Of a DNA stretch of 64,000 nt, positions 1 through 13,200 are shown piece after piece (the stretch's first letter is position 1; the number at the start of each line of letters is the position of its first letter). This stretch comes from a virus. Its lineage: Duplodnaviria; Caudoviricetes. The position numbers were made by a program, and so were the translations under genes. Location: positions 1 to 64,000 of the IMG/VR virus record IMGVR_UViG_3300014720_002243; one strand, written 5' to 3'. Below the pieces are notes generated by a model that was given only the letters and a program-made list of their open reading frames with translations, was not told the DNA's origin and did no database searches.

Positions 1-348
1 CGTTTGACTAGATGTTGGAGTTTTGGTATTTGTTGGGGTTTGTGTTTGTGCTTTTATTGATGTCCCGGTAGGTGTGGGCGCCTTAGTTTTGGTTGTGGTA
101 GGAGTTCTAGTGTTTGTAGTAGTTTGTGTAGGTGTAGCTGTTGGTGTTTTAGTGATCGATGGAGTTGGAGTTTGAGTATTTGAAGGGGTCGGAGTATTCG
201 TAGGCGTTACTGACAATGTAGGTTTTGGTAAAACCTCTGGATTACTCTCCAAATTACCAAAAGATATAGTCTTATCGCTAGCTTTATCAACAGCAAAGTT
301 AGCGTCTGTTTTAGTATTTATAGTCTTAAATAGACATTCATCCGACAT
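1..348 (-). CDS. 5' part of a Thr/Pro-rich virion or adhesin-like protein, running off the window
   Basis: ATG at 348 with GGAGGA RBS; reads MSDECLFKTINTK...PTLSVTPTNTPTPSNTQTPTPS..., open to position 1. Confidence 0.75.
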   Translation of the reverse strand, partial: MSDECLFKTINTKTDANFAVDKASDKTISFGNLESNPEVLPKPTLSVTPTNTPTPSNTQTPTPSITKTPTATPTQTTTNTRTPTTTKTKAPTPTGTSIKAQTQTPTNTKTPTSSQT

Positions 349-349
349 C

Positions 350-1546
350 CTAATCCTCCCCGACTAAGTAGAATCTTGGCCTTATAAGAGGAGGATTTAT
401 TGTTAACGGTGCAGCTGGACAATTAATGTATATACTTAAGGTATCATTAGATGCTAATACGTCATTTTCATATAAATGTACATATATAGTCAAAACATTA
501 TTGTTCAAATTATTCAGTATGTCTATATTGTTATTAATATCTATCTCTAAAAGTTGATTATTTCCATAATATAATTCTTCATTCTCAAATAATATCTTCG
601 CTTCCAAAGAACTACTAAATCTTAATCTATAATTGAAGCCTTTTCTTAAAGAGTGTAACCTAATCTTGAGTGTGGTCCCTGCTTTTTTATGAGTATCACA
701 AGCTCCGTCTATATGTTCTAGTTTTATGCTCTTTTGATTATTTTTAACATCGATATTTGAATTACATTGCTTATAAATAAACATAACTGATGGTTTATCA
801 AAGTTGTCTAAATCCTGATCTATAGTTTCATACCACAAATAATCGGGTATTTGCCCAGCCTTGTTGGATATAATAAGATATCCCTCATTAGTAGTTAATC
901 TTTTGATCTGGTTAAAAGGATCAGAAATATCGCTAGGATCAAACACTAAATAAGATCCCTTATCATCTGTAGTATAAATTTTTGTACTATTATTTAATAA
1001 ATTTGTTACTTCTGGAACAGGAACCCATGCTCCCTCCTGAGTTAAATAAGCTCCTTTGCCAGTGATCCAAACTAATCTATCTTTATCTATAGCTAAATTG
1101 CTAGTAGTCTGTGATATTACATTTAATATGATATTACCGCTAGCAGTATCGTTACCACTAGAACTCACACTATATGTGAAAGTATTAGATCCTGTTACAG
1201 TAATAGAGAACGAGCCGTTATATGCTGATGGCGAAGCCCCACTAACAACAATATTATTACCAGTAGATAAACCGTGATTAGTACTAGTAACCGTAACAAC
1301 CGTACCTGCTCTACTCATAGAAGATACTGTTTTAGGAGTGGATACTACGGGTCCTGGAACCTTGATAGACAAACCTCTTGGTAAACAAAAGTCCGGATTA
1401 GAGACAATATTACCGTCTTCAGGATCCGGTATAGGTTGATTAGCGTTCAATATAGATGATTGCTCAATTACATATGCAAATGTAAGCGGAAAAGTTTTAT
1501 TACTATATATAATTGGTTGTATATTTTGATTTATAATTTGTTTCAT
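350..1546 (-). CDS. Putative virion/tail-associated protein with a beta-barrel module
   Basis: 398 aa; the segment VVTVTSTNHGLSTGNNIVVSGASPSAYNGSFSITVTGSNTFTY is typical of phage structural proteins; lies in the fibre cluster. Confidence 0.55.
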   Translation of the reverse strand: MKQIINQNIQPIIYSNKTFPLTFAYVIEQSSILNANQPIPDPEDGNIVSNPDFCLPRGLSIKVPGPVVSTPKTVSSMSRAGTVVTVTSTNHGLSTGNNIVVSGASPSAYNGSFSITVTGSNTFTYSVSSSGNDTASGNIILNVISQTTSNLAIDKDRLVWITGKGAYLTQEGAWVPVPEVTNLLNNSTKIYTTDDKGSYLVFDPSDISDPFNQIKRLTTNEGYLIISNKAGQIPDYLWYETIDQDLDNFDKPSVMFIYKQCNSNIDVKNNQKSIKLEHIDGACDTHKKAGTTLKIRLHSLRKGFNYRLRFSSSLEAKILFENEELYYGNNQLLEIDINNNIDILNNLNNNVLTIYVHLYENDVLASNDTLSIYINCPAAPLTINPPLIRPRFYLVGED

Positions 1547-1556
1547 AATTTAATTC

Positions 1557-4500
1557 TCAATCTATAATACCTATACTAAAATTACCACCAGCAGATATAG
1601 ATAACCATGTATAAGATGCTCCTATTCTAACAGGAACATATCTTGTAACGAATGTATCATCACCTAATTGACCAATATTATTACTACCCCAAGCCCATAA
1701 TTGACCTGTGGAATTGATAGCTAGAGCATGATTAACTCCAGCTGCTATATCTGTCCAATTAGATGCAGAGCCGATTCTTACTGGTACGAATGAGTATGCT
1801 CCTACTTCTGTTCCTAACTGTCCATTTAGATTATTACCCCAGGCCCATAGTTGACCTAAGCTATTTAAACCAATCATAAATTCATTACCTATAGCTATTT
1901 TAGTCCAATTATTCTGAGCACCAACTCTAAGAGGAGCGTTTCTATTTGTAGTATCCCCCAATCCTAATTGTCCAAAATTATTATTACCCCATGTATAGAG
2001 TTCACCGTTTGTGGTAATAGCAGCAGCACTAGTTCCTTCAGTGCTAGTAAAAATGTCTCTACAAGATAATGCTACTCCTCCTACCAAGGATAAGGCTGCA
2101 AAACCTACGGCGGCGGTGGTGTTTGTACCCACACCTAAAACTCCATTAGTATTAAGACCAGCAGCATATGCTCTATCGTTAACATCTATATAAAATGAGC
2201 AATTAGCGCCTGCGGCTATTTTCTTCACATTTGTAATTATGCTAGAGGTGGTGGAAGAATTAATTCTAACTGAGGTTAAATTTATATAATTGCTAGAAGC
2301 AGGATGATAACCAGAAGATCCTCCTACAAATAAATTAGAACCTGTGTCTAAAACCAGATAGTGAGTGAATCCAGCAGCGATCTTCTTTATACCGTTAACA
2401 CTAGATAGTCTTGGACCTTGATTCGCTACGTTCGAAGAATTTGCCCCCCATGAAAACTGCTGCCCCGAACTGTTAGTAGCTATAGCAAAATTAGAACCAC
2501 TATCTATTTGTGTAAAATTATTAGCATTAACAGTACTAACATTAGAGCCATATTGAGTAAAACTATTTGTACTAGCACCTATAGTTGATTGTCCAGAATA
2601 GTATATTGTATTATTTTTAATGGTCATAGAGAATCTAAAAGGCGACATCGATAAACTATTATAATTTTGAGATGTTTCTATTCTTGTTGTTACCGGTTTG
2701 GCAGCCGAGGTGCCATCTCCTAAAAGACCCGTACTATTGTATCCCCAACCATATAATTCTCCTAAACTATTAATAGCCATACTACTATATATTGATGTGA
2801 CAATAAAATTTGGTAACCAATTCGAAGATGAGCCTACTTGTATAGGTGTAGCTCTTACATTTGTTGTTCCATCTCCCAATTGACGGTTATCGTTTCGTCC
2901 CCACGCCCACAATTGTCCAGCACTATTTACAGCTAATACATGGTTTGCATATGATCTTGATACAGCTCTAACCCAGTTCGAAGAAGAGCCAATTCTGGTA
3001 AATGAAGTAGTAACTAAGTTATTATTGAGACCTAGTCCAGTCTGTCCATAAGAGTTAACGCCCGCGGCGAATAGCTTCCCATCTGTAGAGATGGCAACAA
3101 TAAAATTGTCATAATATTTGGAGGTACCACCCAAAAGACCTCCTATAGTTACATCCGACCACCCAGTTATACCCGTTGGTGGTGTTATTTTGGTAAATGT
3201 AGGTATAACAACGGGGTTGTCGGCGCCAGTGCCAAAAAAGCCAGTACCAGCAACCCATAATTCACCAATACTATTTATCGCTGCACTAACTGTAGTTCCA
3301 ACAGAGGCTTTTACCCAATTACTTGCGGTTCCTATTCTCATAGGTGTAGCACTAGTGGAGGTGGAGCCGTTACCTAATTGACCAGCCCAATTAGATCCCC
3401 ATCCCCATAACTCCCCATTACTATTTATAGCTAAAGCATGACTATCTCCGATAAAAACTTGTGTCCAGTTACTTGCGCTCCCTATTCTCGTCGGTGAAAA
3501 TGTAGTGCCGGAGACGGAGCCTATTCCGGTTAAACCATTAGCATTGTTACCCCAACCATATAGTTTACCATCAGTAGTTAAAGCAATAATTGTTTCATCC
3601 GACAAGCCCCCTCCTAAAAATATTTGACTCCAAGATATTCCTAATGGAGCTGGTAAAGATCTGTTGGTACGAAAACCGTCTCCTAAATTACTATTACTAT
3701 TATCTCCCCAAGATAATAAACTTCCTTGTGGATATATTATTATGCTAGAACTATTAGTATATGCTCCTAAACCTATACTATTACGAGCAGCAACTCTAAA
3801 CACATATGATGGTCCAATAGCAACAGTTGGCGAAGCAATATTAATACTATTAGATACGGTATTGGTGCTTACATTTGACCAAGACACACCATTATCATTA
3901 GATATTTGGATGGTATAGTCAATAATATTACTTCCATTAGATTGCGGTGTGCTCCATGAAAGGTCTATACTATTACTAGTTATAGTACCAGAAACAGCAG
4001 ACGGAGCCGAAGGTACTGCCGCAAATAATAATGGAGATGTTGATGAACTAATGGCTCCACCTCCAACTCTATTTATAGCTGCTACTCTAAAAATATAAGA
4101 CTGTCCAAAAGTTAAACCTGTAATTGTTGCTGAAGTAGCTGAAGAGACCCCATCGTTTACTTGTACCCAGGTAGCATACGAGCTAGAGCTAGAAGCATAC
4201 TGAACCGCATAATCAGTAATAGTTGCTCCTCCATTGTTACTAGGGGCAGTCCAAGATAAATTAATATTTAATCCAGATAAATTTGCAAATAAACTCGTTG
4301 GCGCTGCGGGTAGTGTTGCTGGAATGGTACTGGCACTATTTATGCTATACTGGCCGGTTCCGGCAGAATTAACAGCTGCTACTCTAAAAATATAAGAAAC
4401 ACCATTTGTTAAACCTGTAATTGTTGCGGTTGTTAATGTTGAAGGCGCTCTAGTAACATTTGTCCAAGAAGCTCCAACATTATTCGAATATTGAATAAGA

Positions 4501-6548
4501 TAATCTGTTATAGCTGCTCCTCCATTATTTGGCACAGTCCATGAGATAGAAGCTTGAGCATCGCCTCCAGTAACCGAAGTAACAGTTGGTGCAGCAGGAG
4601 GGGATGCGATTGGGGATACTGGTGATAATGTTGTTGCATATGAACCGGATCCGGCCCCGTTTGTTGCGGCAACCCTAAAGAGATACGGAGTGCCATTAAC
4701 CAACCCTGTAACCACTACGCTGGTATTAATGCTAGTACCATCGTTAAAAGTGGTCCAAGACGATCCTGAATCAGAACTATATTGAATCGTATAGTCTCTA
4801 ATAATAGAAGCGGCCGGAGCAACCCAAGATAGATTTACTAAAGTATTGCCAGCCACGGCTACTAGATCTGTTGGTTCTCCCGGAGGGGTAAGAGGTGTAG
4901 TTGGAGTTGGGGTTGGGGTGGGAGTAGAAGTGGATGTTTGGGTTGGAGTTGGAGTTTTTGTTTTCGTAGGAGTTCTAGGAGGATATGACTTTAAAGATTT
5001 AGAAGCTGTTGGAGTTGGTGTAGTAGCGCAAAAATCTCTATCACATTTCTCTAGAGTTAGATATGATGTAGAGGTTACATAATTATCTAAATTAATAACT
5101 TTAATATATAAAGTAGTTCTTATTTTACCAATCCCCGTAGTCATCAATGTTCTAATATTTTCTGTTGTATTACCATTATTTATAATGCCATTATTAGTAA
5201 CAAAAGAGATATCATCAGTATTCGTTGTATCTCTAGGCTCGTCAGGATTAGCATTGCCATAGGCATGAACTCCAAATTCATAATAATACCTAGATTCTTC
5301 AGACATATTAGTTACTGTAGCTGATAAAAAGTCTTTATAACAGTCTTCGCAGTTATCTATTACCAATCTAGGACCAGCATCAAAAACTACTGTGTGTTTT
5401 TTACTCGAAGGAGTTGGTGTTGGAGTTGGGGTGGGTAGGTTTAACAATTGTTTTGTACTAAACTTGAACCTATCCTCACTAAGTAAAACTAGATTATCGT
5501 CATACAGTCTAACTCTAACTTCATATGGACCAGTTTTTTGAATATAAAAAGCACTATTAATATAAGTAGAGCTAGATATTCCTGGTATAGATATAATATT
5601 ATTTTGAATTAAATTTCTTTTTTCATAAACAATATTGTCAGAATCCACCTCTACAGAAAAAGGATATTTAACAACGTCTTGGGTAAGTTCTATATAGGGA
5701 TTATTGAGTGTAGCGTTATAAAAATATAGTTTAGTTTTATTTAAGCTCTTAATCAAAAAATAGTTATTGCTTAGGAAATTAGGGTCAGCAGCCGATAAAA
5801 TTCTCCAATTATTTAGCTTGCCCTGACCGTTTAATCCGTCGCTAACTAGTTGCTGATTTATAACAAGATTACCTTTGCTATCTATTGTGTAGTCGCCGCC
5901 TTCTTCTAAGTCATATTGAAAAATATTCCTATAGTCGATATCAGGAGACTGAATAATGTCTGTAATAACATGATAGGTTGATTCTGATAAAGTGTTATAA
6001 ACTTCTGATGTGAGAACTATTGGATAACTTGATAAATTATTTAAATTAAGTATTATTTCATCCGTTTTGTCATTATAAGATGTTCCAAGAGCACAAAAGT
6101 TATTTAGTATAATTTCTTGATTAAATCTTACTTTAGGATCATAAATCTTATTATAAGAGTACCACTCATAAGGAAGTGGTGCTTCGGCTTTATTAATAAT
6201 AATTATAACATCGTTTTTTGAAATAGTATAGAATTGATTAAAATTATCTGTAGGACCATTATATATTAAATATGTAGATTCTTCAGTAACCTTATATATT
6301 TTTTTAACGTTTTGAAAAAATGAAAAATAATATGGAACTAAAGATGTTCCTGTATATTTATACATTCCGTTTTCTATTATATTGTCTTGGGCTGTTAGTA
6401 GAACAACAGCATTATTATGTAAAGATAGAGTTAAATCCTCTAAATCTAAATTAGACGATGATACATAGTCCGGCACCAACAAAAGATCTTCGTCTCCGTG
6501 GTATTGAATAATCTGAATAGGTTTTGTTATTTTTTCTACTGTTAGCAT
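1557..6548 (-). CDS. Adhesin/receptor-binding-like protein: Thr/Pro linkers, about 4 fibronectin type III domains, RCC1-like repeats
   Basis: FN3 motifs (LSWxAP...DYxIQYS...YxFRVAAxN) four times; many RCC1 repeats (GxLWAWGxNxxGQLG). Confidence 0.85.
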   Translation of the reverse strand: MLTVEKITKPIQIIQYHGDEDLLLVPDYVSSSNLDLEDLTLSLHNNAVVLLTAQDNIIENGMYKYTGTSLVPYYFSFFQNVKKIYKVTEESTYLIYNGPTDNFNQFYTISKNDVIIIINKAEAPLPYEWYSYNKIYDPKVRFNQEIILNNFCALGTSYNDKTDEIILNLNNLSSYPIVLTSEVYNTLSESTYHVITDIIQSPDIDYRNIFQYDLEEGGDYTIDSKGNLVINQQLVSDGLNGQGKLNNWRILSAADPNFLSNNYFLIKSLNKTKLYFYNATLNNPYIELTQDVVKYPFSVEVDSDNIVYEKRNLIQNNIISIPGISSSTYINSAFYIQKTGPYEVRVRLYDDNLVLLSEDRFKFSTKQLLNLPTPTPTPTPSSKKHTVVFDAGPRLVIDNCEDCYKDFLSATVTNMSEESRYYYEFGVHAYGNANPDEPRDTTNTDDISFVTNNGIINNGNTTENIRTLMTTGIGKIRTTLYIKVINLDNYVTSTSYLTLEKCDRDFCATTPTPTASKSLKSYPPRTPTKTKTPTPTQTSTSTPTPTPTPTTPLTPPGEPTDLVAVAGNTLVNLSWVAPAASIIRDYTIQYSSDSGSSWTTFNDGTSINTSVVVTGLVNGTPYLFRVAATNGAGSGSYATTLSPVSPIASPPAAPTVTSVTGGDAQASISWTVPNNGGAAITDYLIQYSNNVGASWTNVTRAPSTLTTATITGLTNGVSYIFRVAAVNSAGTGQYSINSASTIPATLPAAPTSLFANLSGLNINLSWTAPSNNGGATITDYAVQYASSSSSYATWVQVNDGVSSATSATITGLTFGQSYIFRVAAINRVGGGAISSSTSPLLFAAVPSAPSAVSGTITSNSIDLSWSTPQSNGSNIIDYTIQISNDNGVSWSNVSTNTVSNSINIASPTVAIGPSYVFRVAARNSIGLGAYTNSSSIIIYPQGSLLSWGDNSNSNLGDGFRTNRSLPAPLGISWSQIFLGGGLSDETIIALTTDGKLYGWGNNANGLTGIGSVSGTTFSPTRIGSASNWTQVFIGDSHALAINSNGELWGWGSNWAGQLGNGSTSTSATPMRIGTASNWVKASVGTTVSAAINSIGELWVAGTGFFGTGADNPVVIPTFTKITPPTGITGWSDVTIGGLLGGTSKYYDNFIVAISTDGKLFAAGVNSYGQTGLGLNNNLVTTSFTRIGSSSNWVRAVSRSYANHVLAVNSAGQLWAWGRNDNRQLGDGTTNVRATPIQVGSSSNWLPNFIVTSIYSSMAINSLGELYGWGYNSTGLLGDGTSAAKPVTTRIETSQNYNSLSMSPFRFSMTIKNNTIYYSGQSTIGASTNSFTQYGSNVSTVNANNFTQIDSGSNFAIATNSSGQQFSWGANSSNVANQGPRLSSVNGIKKIAAGFTHYLVLDTGSNLFVGGSSGYHPASSNYINLTSVRINSSTTSSIITNVKKIAAGANCSFYIDVNDRAYAAGLNTNGVLGVGTNTTAAVGFAALSLVGGVALSCRDIFTSTEGTSAAAITTNGELYTWGNNNFGQLGLGDTTNRNAPLRVGAQNNWTKIAIGNEFMIGLNSLGQLWAWGNNLNGQLGTEVGAYSFVPVRIGSASNWTDIAAGVNHALAINSTGQLWAWGSNNIGQLGDDTFVTRYVPVRIGASYTWLSISAGGNFSIGIID

Positions 6549-6550
6549 AA

Positions 6551-7228
6551 TTATAATACTTCTACTTTAATAGAACCTAAATTACCATTTGGATACAATC
6601 CTGATTCAAATTTAGCAGTGAGTGGTAAGAAATTGGTCGAATTGAGATTCTGATAATACAACAATTCAAAGGACATGGATGGTTTATAATCACTGATAGC
6701 GGACATTCTGGCTATTAGAATCTCATTACCTGCTGATACATAAGAAATATTAAATGCTTTTGGTAAGCCCTCATTTGGAGTAACAGGATTAAATCTCAAA
6801 GAATTTCTGGCTCCGGACGTAAAAGATATTCCATGACCAGATACAGAGCATATATCTTCGCATGTTTCTGGAATAGATAATGAGGTGGAATAATCCATAG
6901 AAACTTGGTTTAGATCACAAACTGGACTTGGTTTATACATAACTATTCTTCCTGTAACTAATTTAGTATATAAATTTCCTGTAACAGCATTTAAAACTAT
7001 CTCTCCAACAGCCAGATCGTTGGGACACGGATGATTGGTTGTTGTCTGATCTCTTTTAAGTAGTATCCTGTTAGGTTTTTTAACGAAATTTTGAGCTAAT
7101 TGTTTAAAATTAGTATCATTCTCGTCTGGTACAGGATTTACTATGGGTGGTTGAGGCCCTAAAACGTGTACTGTTCCAGGATCCAGATTGCTCCATATAG
7201 GTTGTTTTTCGTCAGATGGCCATCCCAT
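6551..7228 (-). CDS. Tail fibre-associated protein
   Basis: RILLKR...P..DLAVGEIVLNAVTGNLYTK resembles the N-terminal motif of phage fibre proteins. Confidence 0.5.
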   Translation of the reverse strand: MGWPSDEKQPIWSNLDPGTVHVLGPQPPIVNPVPDENDTNFKQLAQNFVKKPNRILLKRDQTTTNHPCPNDLAVGEIVLNAVTGNLYTKLVTGRIVMYKPSPVCDLNQVSMDYSTSLSIPETCEDICSVSGHGISFTSGARNSLRFNPVTPNEGLPKAFNISYVSAGNEILIARMSAISDYKPSMSFELLYYQNLNSTNFLPLTAKFESGLYPNGNLGSIKVEVL

Positions 7229-7285
7229 TTACAGAACTCCCAGTAATTTTGATTGAGTATATACTTAAATTACACCATTAGCCAA

Positions 7286-10200
7286 TTACGAACATTGTAG
7301 ATTCGCGCCACTACAAGTACCTCCAAAAACAACCAATCCTCCATCAATAGTATCAAAGCTATTTAATGTATCAATATACAAGTTTTCAATTTTTGTGGAG
7401 CCCTGAATAGTTGTATCTGCAAAAATTGGTACATTACCATTGATTTTTGACGAAACCGCTCCTGAACCAATTACAGCAGGCGTATCGGTATTATATAGTA
7501 AGTGTTGATTCTTTTTATTGTCAACCAATAAATCATCATAAGTAAAGAATCTTAAATTACTTCCAAAAACCATACCGTGACGATTATATAGAACTGAATT
7601 ATGAGGAATCACAACATTACCAAGATTATCTATATTTGATAACATCAATCCGTCGGTATATGTTAGACCCTTTACAGAAAGTGAGGCTGCTAGAGGAATA
7701 TTACCTTCGGCTTTTGTTAACGTTGTATTATTTTGACCATCAACTGTAGATAAACCTAGCTGTCTTTTGATAACTTTAACCTTAATATTGTTATTCACAA
7801 TACCTGTGGTTTCTATACCTTTATTGTCTTTGACTCTCTGGATGTTTCCGATTCTATCATCAACAAGACCCGGATTAACAGCCGTCAATGATACTCTAAT
7901 ATCCCACTCTACTGGTGCGCCCTGAGTAGAGGTGGGGATGGTTTTAGTAACAATCTGTCCAAGAATTTTTTGAGTGTTATCATATATAATTTCAATTACG
8001 TCTCCAACCATAAAATCTATTGATAATGGAATAGCCGACCCTGTTAATCTCAATAGAGACGATGTTTCTTCTACTTTACCCAATAAATACTTTTCTTGCC
8101 ATCCATAATCGTAATAAATAGGACTATTAATGTCTGATTTATAATCTGATAATAAAGAACTGTTAAAAGTAATATTTTTATTATAAGCTCCATAAATAGC
8201 AGACTTAGAAGTATTAATACTCACTGTTCTATTTATACTATCAACTAAGAACGAAGGATCTGGTCTATTAACTTTGAAACCTCCATAAACAGCGAAGTCT
8301 ATTCTCTTTCCAGAAGTATTAAATAGATTAGGTACTCCGTCTCTATTACTCAATACTAATTCTGGCGTTGTTCCTGGGAAATTGAAGGTAATATAACCTC
8401 CTACTCCCTCAGACATAATAGCGACTTGTCTCAACTGATTACTAGCATCTAAAGAATATGTAGACTGATCTATTTCTAGTTTTTCGCTTAATACTATCTG
8501 AGTCTGTAATGTTTTTTCTGTTGTGGTTTTTTGACCAGATAACCAAACAGCATTAACACCCAATACTCTAACTTTAACAATTTTCTGAGGATATGGCTGT
8601 CCTTCGATATGATTATCAGGTTTGTAATAAATTACTATTCTAACAATATCTCCCATGCTAACTCTTTTTGTCGCATCTCCATCTATCCAAACTTCTGTTT
8701 TTTGTAAAGAGTTATTGTATAATAACAATCCAGCTAATGCATTACTATAACCATAGTAAAATACATTTTCGGTACCGTCTATAGTTGATTCATTAATAGA
8801 ATTGTTATCATTTTGATAAGGAGGCTCATTAAACTTGTTAGTTTTTCCAGTTCTATAGTATGTGTTGGGCGCGGGATTTTGTGCAAATAGGAGGGTGTTT
8901 CTCGTTATACCTCTTATTCTAAAAGAATTGGAGATAGATTCGGCATCTGATCTAACATTTAAGGTATCCCTAATTAATCTAGCTGATGTTAGTATATCAT
9001 TAGTTTCGACTGGGAAATTAGCTATATCGATTAATGGGTCTAATGATCCCTCTACAAGTGTTGTATCAACGCTCTTAGGTACAGTAATGATATCATTAGA
9101 TGAACGACTAACGCCGTCTGGACCCTCATCCCAAACAGCAAAACCATAAGCATCAGACCTTAGATACATACCTCTAGTAGATCTAAATAAAGGTCTACCT
9201 TTTTCATCAACCATTTCTCTTACTTTTGTAGCGTCTTGTGGATCTACTTCGACTTGTCTAGTTAATCCAGTACCTATGCGAATGCCGCTAGTACCTATCC
9301 AGCCTCTAACTGTTAGATCCGCAAACCAAACACCACTCTCTTTTGGATTACAGGGTTGGCACTCGTCTCCTGGAATTGGAACCGGTATCCAGCTTGGTTT
9401 CATAGTATGTAACATAAAGCTGTTTATAGAAGCATTATAGTAAAATGCGGGAACTTTTGTTACACACGGAATATCAATTGGTACAGCGTCTGGGTCTAGC
9501 TTCCAAACTTTATAATCCGATTCAGAACCTATTGTGAATTTCGGCACATCTACACTATCAGCTGTCCTATACTTTGAACCTGTACCATAAATAATAAAGT
9601 CTGTTTCTTGTAGACCCATATTGAATGCTGTTGGCACTGCTCTATCTAAATCTGTGTCTCCTCCGGGCACTTTGGCAGCATCGTCTGGAGCCCCTCTCTC
9701 ATCCCACCATCCCTTAATATCGTTTTGAGTTTCCATTGGCCTAAGATATGTAGCCAATTCTGTATCTATTACAGCACTAGAAGCATGTAACTGCTCGGTA
9801 TAGAATGTCATTTCGTCTTTATTAAAACGATAATGAATTTTCTTTTGTCTTGTATTTTTCTTTGGAATAGTGGACAACATATACTGTGGAGCTACCATAC
9901 CATTTGGTAGTGAGGCGGCAGCAAACGATCCTCCTATATCTGTTTCCTCTATATTATCGTTAAGAGGAGAAGGCATAGAATTTTTTCTACGACCAATTGC
10001 AAATACGCCTTCTTTATTATATCCAGCTGAAGCTAATATTCTGTCGTATGTAGAATCAGCAGTTCCTCCGATGCTTTTATATTCTTTAGTAATCAATTCT
10101 GGAACGAAGTAAAGCACATTTGCTGAGAAAGGAACGTAGTAGCTTTCTGGGTTACGTCTCTCTTCTCTTCCCAATGCTAATAACTTATTTGCATATTCTA

Positions 10201-13200
10201 ATTTATAAGGATTGACATCCGCGCTTTTTTCTAATTCTGTTAGAACTTCAGCTAGAACATTTCTTCTTAATCCATCCAAAGACATTACAGCATATTTGTC
10301 ACACCATAAATATTGATCAAATACTAAGCCGCTTCTAGCTATAACGCATCCAGAAGGATTGTATATTACTTGATTAAGTGGTACAGTGGAGGCATCTACC
10401 ACCGACCTAACCAACTGAGACATCGGCTGTATTTTACCATCAGTAAGATTTGATCCGCTCCAATACATTAATGTTCCGGGCAATCCTTGAAAATCGATCT
10501 TTAGTCCAGATTTCCACTCAACCTCTCCGTTCTCATTTTTACTAGTTAAAAAGTATCCTGCGGAAGCATTATTAGGAATTGATAGAAAATTAATAGTTCC
10601 TGAAGTAGCTAATAATGTTGTGGTTCTAGTAGAGCCAACGACATCCAAAGTATTTTGAGGAGTAGATGTGTTTATACCTACCCTATTTTCAGAACTAGGT
10701 ATGATAAGAATAGCCGGTTCGCTAACCTCAGATGTTCCCATTACTCCAACAGCAGTATCAGACTGGAATTTAGAATTAAATAAGATACCTCTTCTAAAAG
10801 AATTCCTACCTACAATTTCTTTGTTGACATTGATTCTAGTTGGAGGAACGGTGAACGGATCTATAATTTCCGACACTATGGTGTCTTGACGGCCTCCCAA
10901 ATCAAATAACTTAAATCCATGATCTACGTGTCCGAAATAAATTGAGTTAGGATCAGTATTTGTTGTTCCTAATCCGATTGCTCCTTGAAAAACAGAAAAA
11001 GAAGGATATCTCCAATTAAATCCATTTCTATCAATAAACCAACTTCTTTCAATAGTATTATTATGTCCGATAACAATACCAGAGTATGAAGTAGTACTAC
11101 CTATTTCAAATCTATTACTATTAACATCAGTACCGTATTTATTATTATTACCAAAAACACCTAAATAACGACCTTCTGTAATAAAGTTTTCATCGCCAAT
11201 TACCACTTTATTCTCGTCAGTAATAGGATAAACAAAAGCGTCTATATTGTCGGGTATAGCAGAGGTTGGGAATAGGGCCTTTACAAAATTTTGTAGTGGT
11301 ACCGGATTAAATGTATCAAATAATGGGTTGAGTGTTGTTCCGTAATTAGGGCCCTTCTCTGCAAAATACATCTGGTCGCCTCTAACAAAGGTGGCGTAAC
11401 CAGAAAAAGCAGGAAGATATGTGCCGCTTATAGCAAGTTGAACAATTAATTTCTGTGAATTAACTACTCTTCCGTCGGTAGGATAGAATCTAGCAGCGTT
11501 TTGACTAAGAACTATAGCATCTAATGAAGAATCATAAGAACCTGAAGAAAAAATTAAACTATCATTAGTATTAAAAAATTTGCCATAACCAATAATAGTA
11601 TTACTATCTCCTACGATAGACGTATTTCTATCATAGACTCTATTCCCGCTGCCAATAACATCTCCGTTGATAACAAAATTATCTGACCCTAATATAGAAC
11701 TAAATTGATATTCATTAGTATTATTAAAACCAATATTAGTTAAATCATTAGTAATTCCTTTAAAATTGTGTCCTATATTAATAATGTTGTTACCACTACT
11801 AGAAACTAGTTTGGAGCCGATATTAATAACATTATTACCAGTAATATTAGATGAAGAAGATATATTAGTAATCATATTGCCAGAAGCTTTATTTAGATTA
11901 CCAATAATAAGTCCAGACATACCAATAATAGTATTAGTATTACCTATAATAGTATTTGGATTACTATAATTATATGTAATTTCATCTTGTAATGTTTGTG
12001 ATTTAATATATAGTGTTTGATTCAACAAACTACTAGGGATAGGATTTTGAAACTCTATAGTGAATTGTGAGGATTGATCATTGGATGGTGGAATCTTATT
12101 TTCTATAACAAAGATCTCGTCTGAATCTCTTAATGATACCCTGTCTCCAACTCTGAATAGATTACTATTAGTTAAATCAGTAAGAACAGAATATTCAGAG
12201 TCATAAAAAGCTTCTACTGGCTGTACTGTTAAATCAAATATATTATCTAGCTTATTATTATCTCCTACTACATTGATATTTTGTATACCAGAACTTATAA
12301 TATTGTTTTGTCCAATGACATTAGCATCAATATATGTGCCAGATCTGAGTATATTATTATGACCATACAAATTAATTTTTAGTACATCTTCTGTTTTATT
12401 ATTATTACCAGTAATAATAGAATGAGAACCGCTAGAAAGTATATGTGAACCTATATCTATATTATTATTACCGCTTATAGATCCATGATTACCAATAAAA
12501 ATACCTGAGTTAGATAATAAATTTTGCTGGTTACCAAAAATTAAATTATTGTTCCCACTAGCACTTAAATTAGATCCTATAGCAGATATTTGTGAGCCGG
12601 TTACATTAAGTGAATTACCAATAATATTATTGTTGACGCCACTAACCCTATTGTATGATCCTAGAATATTACCACTGGATAAAACTATATTGTTATTAAA
12701 TCCTAATAAAGATGTTAAATCTATAGATCCTAAATTATTAGAACCTAAAACTATTCCAGAAACAGAGTTTACGATATTATTGTCACCTAATACCACACTG
12801 CTTATGGATCCGCTGGCTATTGTATTATGAGAACCATTTAGAACAATAGCCGACACGCCGCTAGAAGCATTATGACTACCAAAAACAATAGTCCCACTAG
12901 CATCTATAGAGTTATATGATCCAAGTATAAAAGAGTTTTCTATATCGCTACTACCAGAAGATAAAATACCTGTTAGTTTTTGTGTTTTAACATTATTATA
13001 ACTACCAAACATAAAAATATTATTGCCACTAACAGAAGAAGAATTACCTATAGCAATAACATTATTTCCAGATAGAGCATTTTCACTACCAATTAGAATA
13101 TTAGAAGTCCCTATATACGCAACAGCAACTGTATCATCTATCTTTGTCCATATACCAGTATTAGCGACATAATATCCGTTTAAAAGAGCATTATTTTCTA